From the NCBI GenBank assembly GCA_022711495.1, contig JAKLEX010000001.1:151058-215057 (forward strand): 64,000 nucleotides of DNA, written 5' to 3'. Positions 17,786 through 27,275 of the stretch are shown piece by piece. The position numbers and the translations under genes were made by a program. How positions within the stretch are numbered: the stretch's first letter is position 1; each line of letters opens with the position of its first letter. Source of the stretch: Patescibacteria group bacterium (GTDB lineage Bacteria; Patescibacteriota; Minisyncoccia; Phycocordibacterales; JAACPR01). The notes under the pieces were generated by a model. That model was not told the origin of the DNA and ran no database searches. It was given only the letters and a program-made list of their open reading frames with translations.

Positions 17786-18325
17786 ATGAAATTTTTAACA
17801 CCATTAATTTATCTAGCCATAGCCTTCAGCTTGTTATTTATGGTTATCAAGCCGGAGTATGAAAAGACGCAAGATTTCAGTGCGCAAATTAAGGAAAACA
17901 AGGTGATGATTGAATTGGCTACGGAATTAAGGGATAAACAGACGAAACTTCAGGAAAAGAACGTGGCTATTAGCCAGGAAGAGAGAACGCGACTGGAAAA
18001 AATCTTGCCGGAAACGGTTGACAATGTCAGGTTGATTTTGGACATATCAAACATCGGCGATTTCACCGTGGTCAGGAATATCGGAATAAACGAAAGTGCT
18101 AGCGGACCGAATAAGGCGAAAGAATTGGCTGGAAATTCCAATTATGGATCCATTCAATTAAGCTTCTCATTCACTTCCAGTTACGAAAATTTGAAAACGT
18201 TTGTCAGGAAGTTGGAAGATTCTTTGAGATTGGTCGATATTCGGGAATTAAGCGTTACGGCTTCAGGCCAAAACAGCAATCAATATGACGTCGGGGTTAA
18301 ATTAAACACCTATTGGTTGAGATAA
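17786..18325 (+). CDS. pilO: PilO-like pilus assembly protein
   Basis: N-terminal TM, coiled-coil, its position in the cluster. Confidence 0.55.
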   Translation: MKFLTPLIYLAIAFSLLFMVIKPEYEKTQDFSAQIKENKVMIELATELRDKQTKLQEKNVAISQEERTRLEKILPETVDNVRLILDISNIGDFTVVRNIGINESASGPNKAKELAGNSNYGSIQLSFSFTSSYENLKTFVRKLEDSLRLVDIRELSVTASGQNSNQYDVGVKLNTYWLR

Positions 18326-18329
18326 AAGT

Positions 18330-18671
18330 ATGTTGGGACAATATAAAAAAATAATAATCATCATTGTGGTCGTGGCAGTCATTTTCGGTCTTTACACTTT
18401 TCTTAAGAGTAGCATTGTCAGCACCGAATCATCGCTGGTTATTTCCGGCCAACAAAGCGTTAACATTTTGGGGCAAGACATCATCCGGGTTTTAAATCGC
18501 ATCAAATCCATCAACTTGGATCGTGGCGTTTTTGAGGATGTGGTTTACAAAAGATTAGTTGATTACAGCAGAGAAATGGCTAGTCAGCCCGTTGGTCGAG
18601 ATAACATCTTTTTGCCTTACTCAACAACCGGATCACCGGCTGAAAATTCCGAAGAGGAGTCCAATAATTAA
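18330..18671 (+). CDS. Small membrane protein in the pilus cluster (not a pilin: there is no class III signal motif)
   Basis: ORF track. It has an N-terminal TM. Confidence 0.4.
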   Translation: MLGQYKKIIIIIVVVAVIFGLYTFLKSSIVSTESSLVISGQQSVNILGQDIIRVLNRIKSINLDRGVFEDVVYKRLVDYSREMASQPVGRDNIFLPYSTTGSPAENSEEESNN

Positions 18672-18679
18672 AAACAAAG

Positions 18680-20395
18680 ATGGCTTTACTAGACTTTCTA
18701 GTCGAAAAAGGAATCGTTGACAAAAAGAATGTCAAGAAAATAAACGATGAAATCAAAAGCTCGGGAGAGCCGTTAGATTCGGTTTTGCTGAAAAATAATG
18801 TTTTTTCGCAGGACCTGTTGCAAGCCAAAAGCGAGTATTACAAATTACCGATTGCCAATCTGGCGGATCAGCAAGTGCCTTTTGAAATATTGAAATATAT
18901 TCCGGAAGAATCGGCGCGTCACTACCAATTCGTGCCGATTGGGGAGAAAGATGGAATTTTGGAAGTTGGGATGATTGATCCCAACAATATTCAAGCTCGA
19001 GATGCACTTAACTTTATTTCAGATAAAGAGGGCGCGCCATTTAAGATTTTCTTAATTAGTAAAGAGGATTTTGAAAAAGTTCTTGATGTTTATAAAGGTT
19101 TGTCTGGAGAAGTAGCTAAGGCCCTCGGAGAGTTAGAAATGAGTTCGCCGTCCGAAGACATCTTTAAAGTACAGGGCGCTAAATCTGGCGACAGCAAAGA
19201 TCTGACGAAAATTATTGAAGACGCTCCGATAGAAAAGATCGTTAACAACGTTTTGATGCACGCCGTTGAAGAACGAGCCTCCGATGTTCACATAGAAGCC
19301 ATGAAGGATTCCGTTCGCATTCGATTTCGAGTTGACGGCGTCCTGACCACCAGCTTGATTTTGCCGCCAAAGACTTTATCGGCACTAGTGGCGCGTGTCA
19401 AAATAATGTCTCTGATGAAAATTGACGAGAAACGAAAACCTCAAGACGGTCGTTTCTCCGCGCGCATTCAAAATCGAAAAATAGATTTCCGTGTCTCCAC
19501 CTTTCCTTCTTATTATGGAGAGAAAGTTGTCATCCGAATTCTTGATCAAGAAAAGGGCATCAAAGAAGTTGAAGAACTCGGATTATCGGAGAGAAATATG
19601 GAAATGCTAAAGAGGGCCATTTCTCGTCCTTACGGCATGATTTTGATTTCTGGTCCGACCGGTTCTGGTAAATCAACGACGCTGTATTCGCTTCTCCGAG
19701 AGATTGATAAAGACTCGCAAAACGTTTTGAGTTTGGAAGACCCGGTTGAATACAGCATTGACGGAGTAAGCCAATCGCAGGTTTTTCCTGAAATCGGTTA
19801 TACCTTTGCCAATGGTCTGCGCACGACTCTTCGGCAAGACCCGGACATTATTATGGTCGGCGAGATCCGCGACTCTGAAACTGCCAAATTGGCCATTCAA
19901 GCGGCTCTTACTGGACACCTTGTTTTGTCCACCATTCACACCAATACCGCCGCCGGCATTGTTCCTCGTCTGATAGACATGGGAGTTGATCCTTACCTGA
20001 TCGCGCCAACATTGATTCTGGGTGTTGCTCAACGATTGGTTCGTAAAATTTGCCCAGATTCCGGAGAACCGATGCCGATAGATGGAAGCATCAGAGAAAT
20101 GGTTGAAAAACAATTCTCTGATCTGCCAGCTAAATATAGAGATCAAATCCCTAAGGCCAAGGAATTTTTGAAAATAAAACCGACGGAAACCTGCCCGGTT
20201 GGCACGCGGGGACGGGAGGCGGTTTTTGAGATGTACGAGATGAACCGTGATTTGGAAAAGATTATTTTGACCAATCCAACCGAGAACGCCGTTTACGATG
20301 AAGCGCGGAAACAGGGAATGTTTACCATGAAAGAAGATGCCCTTATTAAGGCTATGCAGAAAGAAATCCCGTTTGAGGAGATAAACAAATTGTAA
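18680..20395 (+). CDS. pilB: Type IV pilus assembly ATPase PilB (GspE family)
   Basis: Walker A GPTGSGKST, N-terminal GSPII_E_N-like domain, conserved Asp and His boxes. Confidence 0.9.
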   Translation: MALLDFLVEKGIVDKKNVKKINDEIKSSGEPLDSVLLKNNVFSQDLLQAKSEYYKLPIANLADQQVPFEILKYIPEESARHYQFVPIGEKDGILEVGMIDPNNIQARDALNFISDKEGAPFKIFLISKEDFEKVLDVYKGLSGEVAKALGELEMSSPSEDIFKVQGAKSGDSKDLTKIIEDAPIEKIVNNVLMHAVEERASDVHIEAMKDSVRIRFRVDGVLTTSLILPPKTLSALVARVKIMSLMKIDEKRKPQDGRFSARIQNRKIDFRVSTFPSYYGEKVVIRILDQEKGIKEVEELGLSERNMEMLKRAISRPYGMILISGPTGSGKSTTLYSLLREIDKDSQNVLSLEDPVEYSIDGVSQSQVFPEIGYTFANGLRTTLRQDPDIIMVGEIRDSETAKLAIQAALTGHLVLSTIHTNTAAGIVPRLIDMGVDPYLIAPTLILGVAQRLVRKICPDSGEPMPIDGSIREMVEKQFSDLPAKYRDQIPKAKEFLKIKPTETCPVGTRGREAVFEMYEMNRDLEKIILTNPTENAVYDEARKQGMFTMKEDALIKAMQKEIPFEEINKL

Positions 20396-20407
20396 TTTGC
20401 TATAATT

Positions 20408-20806
20408 TTGCCTATGGAAGGATCAGGAAAAATAAAAATAATGATTGTTGATGACGACAAATTCTTACTTGATATGTATTCAAGAAAGTTTTTGCAAAAT
20501 AACTGGGACGCCGTTGTCTGTGTTGGCGCCGATGAATGCTTGGAAAAATTAAGAACGGGTTATCGTCCAGACATTTTGGTTCTTGATTTGATTATGCCCA
20601 AGATGGACGGCTTGACCTTGTTCAAGAAAATCCAAGAAGAGAAACTGTCTCCTGGCTCTAAAAATGTCATCTTGACCAACCAGGGCCAACAAAGCGACCT
20701 AGACAAAGTCAGGGGGCTGGGAATTGATGGGTACATTATAAAGGCTCTTTATACTCCGAGCGAAGCGGTTGAAAAAATCAAGGAAATCTTTAATAAGAAA
20801 AAATAA
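20408..20806 (+). CDS. CheY-like response-regulator receiver protein (single domain)
   Basis: MIVDDD..., a phospho-acceptor Asp in VLDLIMP, and T/K positions. Confidence 0.8.
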   Translation: MPMEGSGKIKIMIVDDDKFLLDMYSRKFLQNNWDAVVCVGADECLEKLRTGYRPDILVLDLIMPKMDGLTLFKKIQEEKLSPGSKNVILTNQGQQSDLDKVRGLGIDGYIIKALYTPSEAVEKIKEIFNKKK

Positions 20807-20810
20807 AATT

Positions 20811-21875
20811 ATGGACGGATACAAAAACAAACTTGATGAATTGGTGAAATTGGTTGTTCAGCAGGGGGCTTCGGATTTGCATATCGCCGAAGGCCGCAAA
20901 CCGATTGTCCGAGTCAGCGGCGACTTGAATCCGGTCCTAAGATATGAGCCTTTTGACAAAAAAGAAGTCAAGGAAATTTTGTATTCCATGCTTCCTGATT
21001 CTTTCAAAGAGAGATTTGAAAAAGAACAGCAGATAGACTTTTCTTATGCCCATATAGACGGTACGCGCTTCCGAGGAAACGGTTTCGTCCAACAGGGTAA
21101 AATCGGTATTGTCATGAGATTTATTCCTAAAAATATTAGAACCCTGAAAGAACTAAACTTGCCATCAATTCTTGAAACTTTTGCTAGAAAAAAACAAGGC
21201 TTTTTCTTGGTAGTCGGACCGGTCGGACAAGGAAAGTCTACGACTTTGGCGTCCATGATTGAGTTGATAAACCAGGAAAGACCAGAACACATCATCACCA
21301 TTGAAGATCCGGTTGAATATATTTATCAGCCGAAGAAATCAATAATTGATCAGCGCGAAGTCGGTATTGACGCCGCGAGTTTTCACTCGGCCCTGGTGTC
21401 AACTTTCCGCCAAGACGTTGACGTCATTCTCGTTGGCGAAATGCGAGACCGCGACACGATGTCTGCTGCCGTTACGGCCGCTGAAACAGGACACTTGGTT
21501 TTCTCAACGCTTCACACCAATAACGCCTCTCAAACCATTGACCGTATCATTGACAGTTTCCCGGCCGATCAACAGGCGCAGATTAGAATTCAGTTATCTA
21601 GCTCACTCCTCGGCATCTTTTCACAGAGACTGGTTCCAAGAATTTCTGGAGGCCTGATTCCGGTTTATGAACTTCTAATAAATAACAACGCTGTCTCAAA
21701 CTTGATTCGGGAGAAAAGGACTCATGAAATTGATACGATTATTGAGACTGGCTCTGAGTCGGGCATGATTGATATGAACAGGAATCTGGCGGATCTGGTT
21801 CGCCGCGGCGAGATAACTGCTGAAAACGCCTTTATAAATTCCACCAGACCGAAAGTCTTGGAAAAGATGATTTAA
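20811..21875 (+). CDS. pilT: Twitching-motility retraction ATPase PilT
   Basis: Walker A GPVGQGKSTT and the PilT family pattern. The ORF track starts at 20769, but the ATG at 20811 avoids the overlap and matches PilT N-termini. Confidence 0.85.
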   Translation: MDGYKNKLDELVKLVVQQGASDLHIAEGRKPIVRVSGDLNPVLRYEPFDKKEVKEILYSMLPDSFKERFEKEQQIDFSYAHIDGTRFRGNGFVQQGKIGIVMRFIPKNIRTLKELNLPSILETFARKKQGFFLVVGPVGQGKSTTLASMIELINQERPEHIITIEDPVEYIYQPKKSIIDQREVGIDAASFHSALVSTFRQDVDVILVGEMRDRDTMSAAVTAAETGHLVFSTLHTNNASQTIDRIIDSFPADQQAQIRIQLSSSLLGIFSQRLVPRISGGLIPVYELLINNNAVSNLIREKRTHEIDTIIETGSESGMIDMNRNLADLVRRGEITAENAFINSTRPKVLEKMI

Positions 21876-21878
21876 AAT

Positions 21879-23090
21879 ATGTCAGTTTATACTTACAAAG
21901 CTTTAGATAAAGACGGCAACTCAAAAGAGGGAACGGTAACCGCGGTAAATGTTGATGTTGCGATTAATTCTCTGCAAAAGAGAGGCTTGATTATTTCCGA
22001 CATAAAATCGGATGAAGCCCAGACGGGATTTCTAGGAAAAAACATTGCCTTCTTTGAAAGGGTAAAGTTGAAAGATCTGGTCATCACCTCCAGGCAAATG
22101 GCCACCTTGTTTGAGGCTCAAATTTCCGCTCTACGAATTTTTCGACTTTTGTCAGCCGAATCTGAAAATCCCAAGTTAGCTCGAGCACTGGCCGGTATTG
22201 CCGAAGACTTACAAGGTGGCAGTTCCATTTCGGGAGCTTTGACCAAATACCCGGACATCTTTTCCGGTTTTTATGTCAGCATGGTCAAGGCCGGCGAAGA
22301 ATCGGGCCGTTTGGATCAGACTTTTTCTTTCTTGGCCGACTATCTTGATAGAACTTATGAGATTACTTCAAAAGCCAAAAACGCCCTGATTTATCCGTCT
22401 TTTATTATCTTTACCTTCTTTGTGGTGATGGGCCTGATGTTCACCATGGTCATCCCAAAGATTAGCTCCATTCTCATTGAATCCGGGCAAGAAATTCCAA
22501 TCTATACCAAAATCGTCATCGGTATTTCGGATCTATTGATTAATTACGGGGTCTTTCTTGTCATCATTTTGGCAGTTTGTGGATTTTTCTTGTATCGATT
22601 CACGAAAACTGGGCCGGGCAAGGAATCCCTGGATCAGTTTAAAATTTCTATACCATATATCGGTTCGCTATATGCAAAATTATATTTGGCCAGAGTCTCG
22701 GATAACCTCAATACTATGTTGGCTAGCGGTATTCCGATGGTTAAATCTCTTGAATTAACCCAAGACGTCGTTGATAACGATCTATATAAAGAGGCTATTT
22801 CAAAGAGTGTGGAAGATGTTAAGGCTGGAACGCCGTTGTCCGGCGCCTTTGCCAAGCACAAAATTTTTCCTAGCATCATAATTCAGCTGATCAAGGTCGG
22901 TGAAGAGACCGGTAACTTGGGCGAGATTCTTGGAACTTTGGCTAAGTTCTATCGCCGAGAAGTAACTAACGCCGTTGATACGCTGGTTGGTTTGATTGAG
23001 CCGATCATGATTGTCTTGCTGGCCGTCGGAGTTGGATTCTTGCTGGCTTCGGTTTTGATTCCTATCTACAATATTAGCTCCGCCTTTTAA
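21879..23090 (+). CDS. pilC: Type IV pilus inner-membrane platform protein PilC (GspF family)
   Basis: Two T2SS-F repeats with three TM segments. Confidence 0.85.
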   Translation: MSVYTYKALDKDGNSKEGTVTAVNVDVAINSLQKRGLIISDIKSDEAQTGFLGKNIAFFERVKLKDLVITSRQMATLFEAQISALRIFRLLSAESENPKLARALAGIAEDLQGGSSISGALTKYPDIFSGFYVSMVKAGEESGRLDQTFSFLADYLDRTYEITSKAKNALIYPSFIIFTFFVVMGLMFTMVIPKISSILIESGQEIPIYTKIVIGISDLLINYGVFLVIILAVCGFFLYRFTKTGPGKESLDQFKISIPYIGSLYAKLYLARVSDNLNTMLASGIPMVKSLELTQDVVDNDLYKEAISKSVEDVKAGTPLSGAFAKHKIFPSIIIQLIKVGEETGNLGEILGTLAKFYRREVTNAVDTLVGLIEPIMIVLLAVGVGFLLASVLIPIYNISSAF

Positions 23091-23120
23091 AAGGTGTTAC
23101 CATTTAGACCAACATTCAAT

Positions 23121-24590
23121 ATGTCTAAATATTTTCCGACAATCGGACTTGAAATTCATGCTGAACTCAAAACTAGGACGAAAATGTTTTGTGACTGTGT
23201 TAATAATCCTGACGAAACGGAGCCGAACGTTAATGTTTGCCCCATTTGTTTAAGCCATCCGGGCACTTTGCCGACTCTCAATAAAGAAGCAATTAAGTTA
23301 GTTTTAAAAATTGGCCACGCTGTCGGCGGTCAAATTGCCGATTACACGGAGTGGGACAGAAAAAATTATTTTTATCCGGATATTCCCAAAGGTTATCAGA
23401 TCAGCCAGTATAAATATCCGTTGGTTTCTGGAGGGAATCTCAACGGAATCGCTTTGACGCGCGTTCACTTGGAAGAAGACACTGGCACCTCAATTCACGA
23501 TCGGGGAGATTATTCTTTGTTGAATTATAATCGCGCCGGCGTGCCTCTTATGGAGTTAGTTACGGAGCCAGTTATCCACACGGCTAAAGATGCCGTCAGT
23601 TTTGCCAAGGAATTGCAATTGCTTTTGCGTTATTTAGGGGCTTCTGAAGCCAATATGGAAAAAGGCGAAATGCGCGTTGAGGCCAATATCTCGGTGGCGG
23701 AAGAGGGTACCAAACAAGATGGGGATGTTAAAAAAAGTCACAGCGCCAAAAAACTTGGCACCAAGGTGGAAGTTAAAAACTTAAACTCTTTTAAGGCGGT
23801 TGAAGGGGCTATTGAATACGAAATAAAGAGAATGTCTGATTTGCTTGAGGAAGGTCGGGGCGGAGAGATCGTTCAGGAAACTCGCGGTTGGGATGAAGAT
23901 CACCAGAAAACTTTCAGCCAAAGATTGAAAGAGACCAGCGACGACTATCGTTATTTTCCGGAACCCGATCTGCCAAAACTAAAAATCTCCGAGGTACCGG
24001 AATTTTCCGCTAAGAAATTAATCTCCGAATTGCCGGAGTTACCGTGGCAAAAGCGAGAAAGATTGCTTGGCTTGAATTTGGGTAAAGACCAGGCCGAAGT
24101 TTTTATCGCCAACCAGAAACTTTCAAAAATATTTGATCAAATAACAGATCGGCTAAAAGATGAGAAAGAAATCAAACTAGCCGCGAATTACATAACAACC
24201 GACTTGATTTCGTTGTTGAGATTGGACGACGCCGATCCGACCAATGATCTGGATCTGAAAATTACTCCGGATCAGGTAATTGAGCTAATCGGGCTGATTT
24301 CAAAAGGCGAGATTTCTTCTCGTGGAGCCAAAGACATTTTGGCTATTTTGGTTAAAGAAGGCGGTTCTCCAAAAAAGATTGCTTCAACTAAAAATCTTCT
24401 TCAAAAAAGCAACGCCGGCGAACTTGAAAGCGTCGCCCAAAAAATCTTGGAAGAAAATCCACAAGTTGTGGCTGAATATAAAAAAGGCAAGGAATCCTCG
24501 CTGCAATTCTTAATCGGCCAAGGCATGAAAGCTACAAAAGGCACCGCTAATCCACAACTCCTTTCTGAAATCTTTAAAAAATTGATTTAA
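23121..24590 (+). CDS. gatB: Asp-tRNA(Asn)/Glu-tRNA(Gln) amidotransferase subunit B
   Basis: MSKYFPTIGLEIHAELKT... matches the GatB N-terminus. The ORF track begins at a GTG at 23094, and the ATG at 23121 is more likely. Confidence 0.9.
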   Translation: MSKYFPTIGLEIHAELKTRTKMFCDCVNNPDETEPNVNVCPICLSHPGTLPTLNKEAIKLVLKIGHAVGGQIADYTEWDRKNYFYPDIPKGYQISQYKYPLVSGGNLNGIALTRVHLEEDTGTSIHDRGDYSLLNYNRAGVPLMELVTEPVIHTAKDAVSFAKELQLLLRYLGASEANMEKGEMRVEANISVAEEGTKQDGDVKKSHSAKKLGTKVEVKNLNSFKAVEGAIEYEIKRMSDLLEEGRGGEIVQETRGWDEDHQKTFSQRLKETSDDYRYFPEPDLPKLKISEVPEFSAKKLISELPELPWQKRERLLGLNLGKDQAEVFIANQKLSKIFDQITDRLKDEKEIKLAANYITTDLISLLRLDDADPTNDLDLKITPDQVIELIGLISKGEISSRGAKDILAILVKEGGSPKKIASTKNLLQKSNAGELESVAQKILEENPQVVAEYKKGKESSLQFLIGQGMKATKGTANPQLLSEIFKKLI

Positions 24591-24598
24591 ATTAAGTT

Positions 24599-25873
24599 TT
24601 AAATCAAAAACCTGTATATATAGAAGGCGCCCAGGATAATAAAGACAATGGCCTGAATCAAAGTCAGATGTTTAGTCAATTTCTCTCCGCCGATCCAGAT
24701 CTTCATGGTGAAAACGGCGATCAGAAATACGATAATCTCGTCAGCCAAATAAAGCAGCATGAAGATAAACAAGTAAATAGCTTTGGCGAAAATTGTTACG
24801 CCGGCTTCCGTCAGAATAGCGGCAAAAGCCACTGGAATAACCGCTGAACAAGGGAATTCTATGACGGTTACGATGAAAGAAAAGATTACCACGGCCAATA
24901 TCACTACCCAGAGCTTTTTATTTCCTTGGAAAGCCTCGCGCATTTTTTGAGTAACATTTTTAATCCATTTTGATTCAGTTACTTCGCACAAAGGGCCGTA
25001 TTTCAAAAATCTTATATATTGTCTCAAGAAATAAATACCGCCGACGAGGCCGATGGCGCCTATTAGTGCTTGAAACAGAGAGACAAATCGCGCGAAGAAA
25101 CTGAAAAGCCCAAACCACAAGAAAATCAGCGCGGCGTAAGTGATTCCGGTGACTAGTAAGAATATCCCGCCATACAACAAAGTCTTTTTTCTAGACTTGA
25201 AGACAAAAACCAGACTCAAAATCAATAATAAAGCTCCGAGAGAGCAGACATTGAAGCCGTCAAAAAAGCCCAGGACAACGGATAGAATTGGGAAGGAAAG
25301 ATCTCGCGCGCGAATTCCAAAAAGACTTAGATTGCTCAGTTGTTCAATGGTTGAGTAATTTTTATCGTCACTGGCGATGATCCCATTGTCCGAAGTGTTG
25401 CCGATGTTGTCATTTGAGCTCGTGGCGGCTAAATTTTGTGACTCGTTTTTCAAGACCCCGCTTTCTACCAGATCAATAATCGTTTTTCCCGTGGTTTCCG
25501 GAGTGTTAAATCCGACGACCAATGTTTCATAAACAAAAGTCAGGGGCACGACTCCCAGATATTCTCCGACGTTATATTTATCATTAAACTTTTGTAGCAA
25601 ATCCGTCGTTTCTCTTTTGGAGACGTCGTATCTGTTTATCTTAAGATCAGGGTATTGTTGTTGTAGCTGGTCTAAAAATTTTTGCTCTTCATGGCAGTGT
25701 GGACAGGTTTGGCTATAAAAAAAGCTTATGCCGGAGGTATCCATTTGAAGGGAACCGCTGGATGACGTACCAGTCGCCGTTCCTTTTATATTGTTGGCGT
25801 ATATGGCGGAGACGGCCCAGACAATCACAATCAGACCAATAATGGACAGAAGTTTTTTTAACCAAGTATTCAT
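24599..25873 (-). CDS. Thiol:disulfide interchange membrane protein (thioredoxin-like CxxC domain fused to a DsbD/CcdA-type transmembrane domain)
   Basis: N-terminal TM, then a Trx-like region with QTCPHC. The C-terminal polytopic domain has conserved Cys in TM helices (FNVCSLGA..., FPCSAV...). Confidence 0.6.
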   Translation of the reverse strand: MNTWLKKLLSIIGLIVIVWAVSAIYANNIKGTATGTSSSGSLQMDTSGISFFYSQTCPHCHEEQKFLDQLQQQYPDLKINRYDVSKRETTDLLQKFNDKYNVGEYLGVVPLTFVYETLVVGFNTPETTGKTIIDLVESGVLKNESQNLAATSSNDNIGNTSDNGIIASDDKNYSTIEQLSNLSLFGIRARDLSFPILSVVLGFFDGFNVCSLGALLLILSLVFVFKSRKKTLLYGGIFLLVTGITYAALIFLWFGLFSFFARFVSLFQALIGAIGLVGGIYFLRQYIRFLKYGPLCEVTESKWIKNVTQKMREAFQGNKKLWVVILAVVIFSFIVTVIEFPCSAVIPVAFAAILTEAGVTIFAKAIYLFIFMLLYLADEIIVFLIAVFTMKIWIGGEKLTKHLTLIQAIVFIILGAFYIYRFLI

Positions 25874-25924
25874 AATTGAAGACCATTATATCAGTTTTTA
25901 AAAATTTGTTATAATTTTATTCAA

Positions 25925-26404
25925 ATGACCACAAAAATTCACATTGGGGCAGATCATGCCGGTTTTGAGCTTAAAGAAAAGTTAGCCCGTTTTTTGGAGA
26001 AGTTAAATTATGAAGTAACGGATTACGGCGCCTATGAATATGACGAAGATGACGATTATCCGGATTTTATTTTCCCGGTAGCAAAGGCGGTTTTGCTTGA
26101 TCCCGAATCAAAAGGAATTGTAATTGGCGGATCTGGTCAAGGAGAAGCTATCGCTGCCAATCGGATAGCCGGAATTCGTGCGGTGGTTTTTAATGGTCAA
26201 TATGAACCGAAAGACGGACGAGAAGTTCCAGATGAGATAGTTCTGTCTCGTGAACATAATGACGCTAATGTTTTGTCACTTGGCGCTCGATTTCTTTCAA
26301 CTGAAGAAGCGCAAGAAGCCGTGGAATCGTGGCTGAATACGGAATTTTCTGGAGACGAAAGGCACGTTCGCCGCATCGCTAAAATTGATCAATTGGGTTT
26401 ATGA
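25925..26404 (+). CDS. rpiB: Ribose-5-phosphate isomerase B
   Basis: IHIGADHAGFELKE... and the RpiB/LacAB family. It ends in TGA, overlapping the rpe ATG. Confidence 0.85.
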   Translation: MTTKIHIGADHAGFELKEKLARFLEKLNYEVTDYGAYEYDEDDDYPDFIFPVAKAVLLDPESKGIVIGGSGQGEAIAANRIAGIRAVVFNGQYEPKDGREVPDEIVLSREHNDANVLSLGARFLSTEEAQEAVESWLNTEFSGDERHVRRIAKIDQLGL

Positions 26405-27126
26405 ATCCCGCAGAAAAAGATATGCCTACCGAAAAGAAAATAGAAATAATTCCGACGGTCATGCCGGAAAATCATACGGATTTTGTTGAAAAAATAAATC
26501 GCATTTTTTCTTTTGTTAGCACGATTCAAATTGATGTGATGGACGGAAAATTTGTTCCGTCAATCAGTTGGCCATACAACTCTGATAATGATTCTGATTG
26601 GCAAAAATATGTAAATCAGGAGGAGGGCTTGCCCCATTGGGATAAAGTTGATTTTGAAATAGATTTAATGGTTGAAGATCAAATCGCTGAAGCCAAAAAA
26701 TGGATCAGCGCCGGTGTTTCGCGCGTAATTTGTCATGTTGAGGCGTTGAAAGAAGATGGCCGGGCCGAATTTTTGAAATTAAGAGAGGATTTTGATGTGG
26801 AACTTTATTTGGCTTTAGTGCCGGAAACTTCTTTGGAGAAATTGACGCCGTATTTGGATGATTTAGATGGCGTGCAGTTTATGGGAATAAATAAAATTGG
26901 TTTTCAGGGGCAAGATTTTGAGCCAAAAGTTTTAGATAAAATTCGCCAACTTCGAGCGCAGAAACCAAATTTGCCGATTAGCGTTGACGGCGGAGTGAGT
27001 TTTGAAACGGCTCTCCAATTGGTCGCCGCGGGGGCCACGAAATTGGCTTCCGGATCATTGATTTTTGAATCGGATAATCCTAAAAAGACGATTGATGAAT
27101 TAAAGAACTTAGTCAGAAGCAAATAA
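26401..27126 (+). CDS. rpe: Ribulose-phosphate 3-epimerase-like protein
   Basis: DVMDGKFVP, MVED and VDGGV motifs of the RPE barrel, with an acidic insertion. Confidence 0.65.
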   Translation: MNPAEKDMPTEKKIEIIPTVMPENHTDFVEKINRIFSFVSTIQIDVMDGKFVPSISWPYNSDNDSDWQKYVNQEEGLPHWDKVDFEIDLMVEDQIAEAKKWISAGVSRVICHVEALKEDGRAEFLKLREDFDVELYLALVPETSLEKLTPYLDDLDGVQFMGINKIGFQGQDFEPKVLDKIRQLRAQKPNLPISVDGGVSFETALQLVAAGATKLASGSLIFESDNPKKTIDELKNLVRSK

Positions 27127-27138
27127 AAACACTTCAAC

Positions 27139-27243
27139 GCAAATAAAAACACTTTTGTTCAATCCAGTCCTCGGCATCATTTTCGTCAAGTTGCACTTGA
27201 CTAAAATGAGTCTGCGGAGGATCTCAAAAATGTTTTTATTTGC
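27139..27243 (-). repeat. Hairpin repeat element, copy 4 (reverse orientation; core 27158-27227) with 13 bp flanking inverted repeats gcaaataaaaaca / tgtttttatttgc
   Basis: ttcaatccagtcctcgg and ctgcggaggatctcaa are the reverse complements of the conserved ends. The inner stem cattttagtcaagt / acttgacgaaaatg is unique. Confidence 0.7.
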
Positions 27244-27275
27244 TTTTAAACTTTATGTTATAATTCCTCTCAGAT

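Noticed and set aside
25925-26404. Possibility of an alternative genetic code (UGA as Gly or Trp, as in some CPR lineages).
   Set aside because: rpiB terminates at TGA exactly where homologues end. The long housekeeping ORFs do not require read-through of TGA.
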